A stretch of DNA of 64,000 nt from Phoronis australis (Eukaryota; Animalia; Phoronida), in NCBI GenBank assembly GCA_002633005.1, contig NMRA01000497.1, positions 84,883 to 148,882 of the forward strand, in the 5' to 3' direction. The notes beneath the pieces are model-generated. The model searched no databases. It saw nothing but the letters and a program-made list of their open reading frames with translations, and was not told where the DNA came from. How positions within the stretch are numbered: position 1 is the stretch's first letter; each line of letters begins with the position of its first letter. Of this stretch, positions 60,869 through 64,000 are shown piece by piece. Made by a program: the position numbers and the translations under genes.

Positions 60869-63819
60869 GTGCTAGACTATGTCGGAATGGAGATTAATAT
60901 CTCCTTGGCTGCCAACGAAAGACATAACTTTCCTGTGCGTGATTAATCTTGCGCAAACTAATAATGTATTTTTTATTAACTAAACAGATTTTGACGGATC
61001 TCTGTCAGACTTTGTCATACTTGGACAACCATCTTGCCTAAATTGTTTGGCAGTCAAGTTAAATTTCAGTAGCTTTAAAATAGATTTTTTGAATCGTTGT
61101 CGGATTTTAGTCAGAGTTTAAAGTGGCGTTACACCTGCATGTAGTTGCTGACAGGTAAGTAGGTGGTTGAGAAGACACGCATTGAATGGCACCTAGGGAG
61201 ATTTTGTTGAAATTCAGTCAGAATTGGAATGGGTATTAGTGGAAAAGAAATGGATTATTTAGCTGTAGTTTTGTGTTTCAAAACATTTCGAATTTTGACA
61301 TTCTATTAAAGCAGAAAATTGACCATTATGCAGCGGCGCTGTGGGATGAGTATCCTGTATTCACTGATCGGTTAGTAGAGATACGGAAGTGTTCTTGTCA
61401 GTTGGCCAGCTATAGCAAGGGCAGGAAGTTGTCCAACCAATGTTTACATAGTCCATCTCTCTCATTGTCTGCGTTCATCTGATTATTTTGTAAAACTAAA
61501 ATATGGAATGTGTATGATCATTATGGCAAGCTTTAAAATCATCATTTTTGGCTCAAGTACCACCAATGTTTGAGGACAAGTTGTCTGTACATCGCCCTGC
61601 TTTTCACTTCCGTAACTTCAGGTGAAAAAGTCATTTCGGTCCCAAAATTAATGTGTTTGACATAGGGATGTGTGCGTTTCTCTCAGCAGATGTCTCTGAA
61701 CTCGGGCTTTAATAAGCTAGGTCTGAATCATTTGCCATTCATGATGAAGCATACCTTAACTGTAGCACGTAATAAGTGTTTGGGTAGAAGATCAATAGTT
61801 GCTATGATGCCAGACAGGTGGCAGGCTTAGCGTTTAGAATTTCAGTTGAAGCATTATGCCATTGTTTTATCCTTTTTTTCATAGAGCCTGCTGTTGTTCT
61901 GCTTCTGAGAGGTGTGAACGCATTCGCTCGCATCCAGTCCATCATCAATACCAAGGCATTCACGGCTGACAAAAATCAAAAAATGCGTCTGGAGAAGTTG
62001 ATGTCCATAACGCCGGAGGCAGCTTACAGGCTGGCAACTCTTTTCTTCTTTGACCGTGAACTCTTCTCTGACCCTGGGTCGCGACCTCTGCTGCCGTATT
62101 TGCCTCCTTGTATGCCACCGGAGAAGACTAACCTTGATAGGTACATTCTGATTAATAATTTAATGGAATTTGGTCAAGTCCTGTTCCATCTGTTCCGTTT
62201 TGCTTGTCAGCAATTTTTTAATTGAATTTGTGAAATAAACGAAAACTCCTCGTTGATTTTCTTGATTGTTATTTTATTTGTGCACAGTCATGACCTCTGG
62301 TGGTGTAATAAACTGTGGTATAATGTCTGTTTTCAGCTCCTGCGAGAAAACAAAACGATCACGCAATACCAAATCCTCACGGGTGGAAAACAGCAAGGAG
62401 GCAACTACTGGGGAGTCCATATTAGCCTCCATGGTTTCTGGGCCGCAGATTCTCAACACAGTGTTAGTGGTCAAACCAAGCGCTGTGAGGAAACACTTTG
62501 CCAGAATACTTAAACGTTTGATCAGCGAGGGATTCGTTGTTGTGGCCTTGACCTTCAAGATATTGAGCGAAACAGAAGCCATGCATTTGCTGTCTCTTGA
62601 GAATAGGAAGGTGAGATATTTACATTTTGAAAAGAGATGACTGTTATGGTGTGGATTTTGTTGTTCGCATGTCTCTTCTCATGATGCAGTCCATTTTTGC
62701 TGGAGTTCAGATGATTTGACATCAGAATGATTTCCTAAGTGTTGAAGAAGGACTTGAATTAAAATACATGTTTGACAAATATTTGTTTGCATTTCGTGAG
62801 ATGAACTTTTTTCCAGAATGACGATCATCATGTCATGTCTTTAGCACTTTCCGTACATTCTGCGTCGCGTACTTTCAGGATGAGGCATTCTGCCATCAAC
62901 ACGTCACGCACATGACGTCGGGCGACTGTCTTGTGCTGTGCGTCCAGCGGGAGAATGCTGTCAAAAAACTGGTGGATGTGGTTGGCCCCGACAACCCTGT
63001 GGTTGCCAGGCAACAGAGCCAGATGTTCTGGAGGGCTCTGTATGGCAACAGCTTGCTACAAAATGGCCTTTATGGTAAGCCACGCTATCACAATGACTAA
63101 ATCCAATAGCAATAATTGCGTGCGTAGTAAAATCTCCAATTTTGGATGCAACAATATGGTGGACAGGTGAAATTTTAGTCCCTCAGTTTCTCCAAGAAAG
63201 ATACAGAGCGCCACACTAATGCTTTTCAACTGCTGTACACCGCAGTTACCATCAGACACTATTTTCAAAAGTTGTTTACCACCCTAAAAACGGGCAACTT
63301 TGGCAATTATTTTCATCTGACATTGGTCGGATTTTATGGTAATGAAATTTCTTTTTCATTTTCTAGTAAATCCTACACTGCTCTGTCCGTACTAACAGTA
63401 TTATGGAATTATTTCATAATGCTTTCATATGTTAAATTCTCATTGTTACTTATTGACAGTACTATTACGTAATGTTTCATGATGCTATCTGTGCTTTACC
63501 TGCATTTCTTGTAAGCACTTCTTGTCATTTAACAACAAGACAATGAGTGTAAAATTCAGGATAGTTATACAAAGCCACTTCAATAATTTGCGCCGTATAC
63601 TATAACTGGCAGCCCTATCTTTCACCCACTCAGTATTTTTCTCTTTAAACAACATTATATTTTGGTTAGTACCTCATACTTATGTTAGTCAGGCCATTAA
63701 AATATTAAAATGTAAATGTTTCAGTTTCCCCGGATTATGCAAGTGCAGTTCGTGATCGGAAATTGTTTTTCCCAGAAGGATTGTGTTGTGCAGAAACTCC
63801 TACAAGCATGGCTGAAGAA
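46022..63819 (+). CDS. DNAAF8: DNAAF8/C16orf71/Daap1-like dynein assembly factor with C-terminal NDK-like repeats; probably continues beyond the right edge
   Basis: Exons 46022-46165, 47055-47180, 47821-48289, 48751-48993, 49410-49475, 50549-50699, 51031-51147, 51490-51687, 52337-52472, 53183-53324, 54577-54806, 55702-56776, 58669-58869, 59293-59399, 59867-59999, 60347-60526, 61885-62140, 62337-62610, 62879-63074, 63725-63819, all phase-consistent. The N-terminal LDSIFAEVEKNLPSIDFEVSDVSSDEEFSIFQR and internal TIFLDLR...SDSDEE resemble vertebrate C16orf71 motifs as recalled. NDK-like repeats and position next to ANKS3 support the call. Orthology was not confirmed by a search. Confidence 0.8.
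51993..52182. repeat. ~22-bp minisatellite x~8
   Basis: CATTTAAGGTCATCCTGATGAC-like units. Confidence 0.88.
53357..53648. mobile_element. MITE-like element, TTAA on the left flank
   Basis: GCTACATTTCGTCCTGGTT ... AAACAAGGCAAAATGTAGC imperfect inverted termini; the right TTAA is degenerate. Confidence 0.5.
55702..56776 (+). CDS. DNAAF8: DNAAF8-like exon with first NDK-like domain and start of the second
   Basis: ILSRVLQEGLDLAGIRLL...GPILALSVRG...VGPADPALARRTDPNSLSALFG follows the NDK fold consensus. Confidence 0.85.
56987..58366. mobile_element. Non-autonomous DNA transposon with TTAA target duplication (Kolobok-like termini)
   Basis: TTAA|GGTTATCTCCAACCTTATT ... AATAAGGTTGGGGATAACC|TTAA: 19-bp terminal inverted repeat with one mismatch, TTAA on both sides, no long ORF. 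Confidence 0.85.
60575..60780 (-). repeat. Dispersed repeat copy with internal inverted repeat
   Basis: Reverse complement of 30605-30780; AGAAATTTTGTCTTACGCTTCC pairs with GGAGCATAAGATCAAATTTCT. Confidence 0.7.
60810..60867. repeat. (CA)n microsatellite
   Basis: CA run with two CG interruptions. Confidence 0.95.
62337..63819 (+). CDS. DNAAF8: Best-conserved NDK-like domain of the DNAAF8-like gene (three exons)
   Basis: TVLVVKPSAV...ILKRLISEGFVVV...HMTSGDCLVLCVQRENAVKKLVDVVGPDNPVVAR...RALYGNSLLQNGLYVSPDYASAVRDRKLFFP. Confidence 0.88.
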
Positions 63820-64000
63820 GTAAGTAGATTGTCGAAGCAAGAGATTTGATGACTAAGTGAGACGTCGCTTGATTAAATGAACATTAAGTGTGGTGCTGGT
63901 TGCATGTTGCTGTCTTCTCTGTCTGAATGTCTCTGCGGCGACCGCTTTTCTGTTTACAGAACTCCAGTTGTTAGATTTCTGTGAAACCTAGATATGTTCC

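Overview
AT-rich, intron-rich eukaryotic genomic DNA, most likely from a marine invertebrate (taxon not determinable from the sequence alone). It holds four multi-exon genes whose GT-AG junctions I read by eye and checked for phase. (1) Minus strand, ATG 15768 running off the left edge: an F-box/LRR protein with a very long low-complexity N-terminus carrying a candidate p97/VCP-binding motif, a RanBP2-spaced C4 zinc finger and internal repeats. (2) Plus strand, 20607-25689: SF3A2 with a GGPMPPP heptad tail broken by an assembly gap. (3) Minus strand, 41323-29354: ANKS3. (4) Plus strand, 46022 running off the right edge: a DNAAF8/C16orf71/Daap1-like gene with at least four NDK-like repeats that lack the catalytic His. 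ANKS3 and DNAAF8 sit head-to-head, as I recall they do in human, with two outward-facing splice donors about 230 bp apart suggesting a shared bidirectional promoter. Introns and intergenic DNA contain MITEs, a TTAA-flanked non-autonomous transposon, a fold-back transposase relic, a tRNA-derived SINE-like element and many minisatellites. No CRISPR array, rRNA or intact tRNA was seen. Most short ORFs in the supplied track are exon fragments or spurious.
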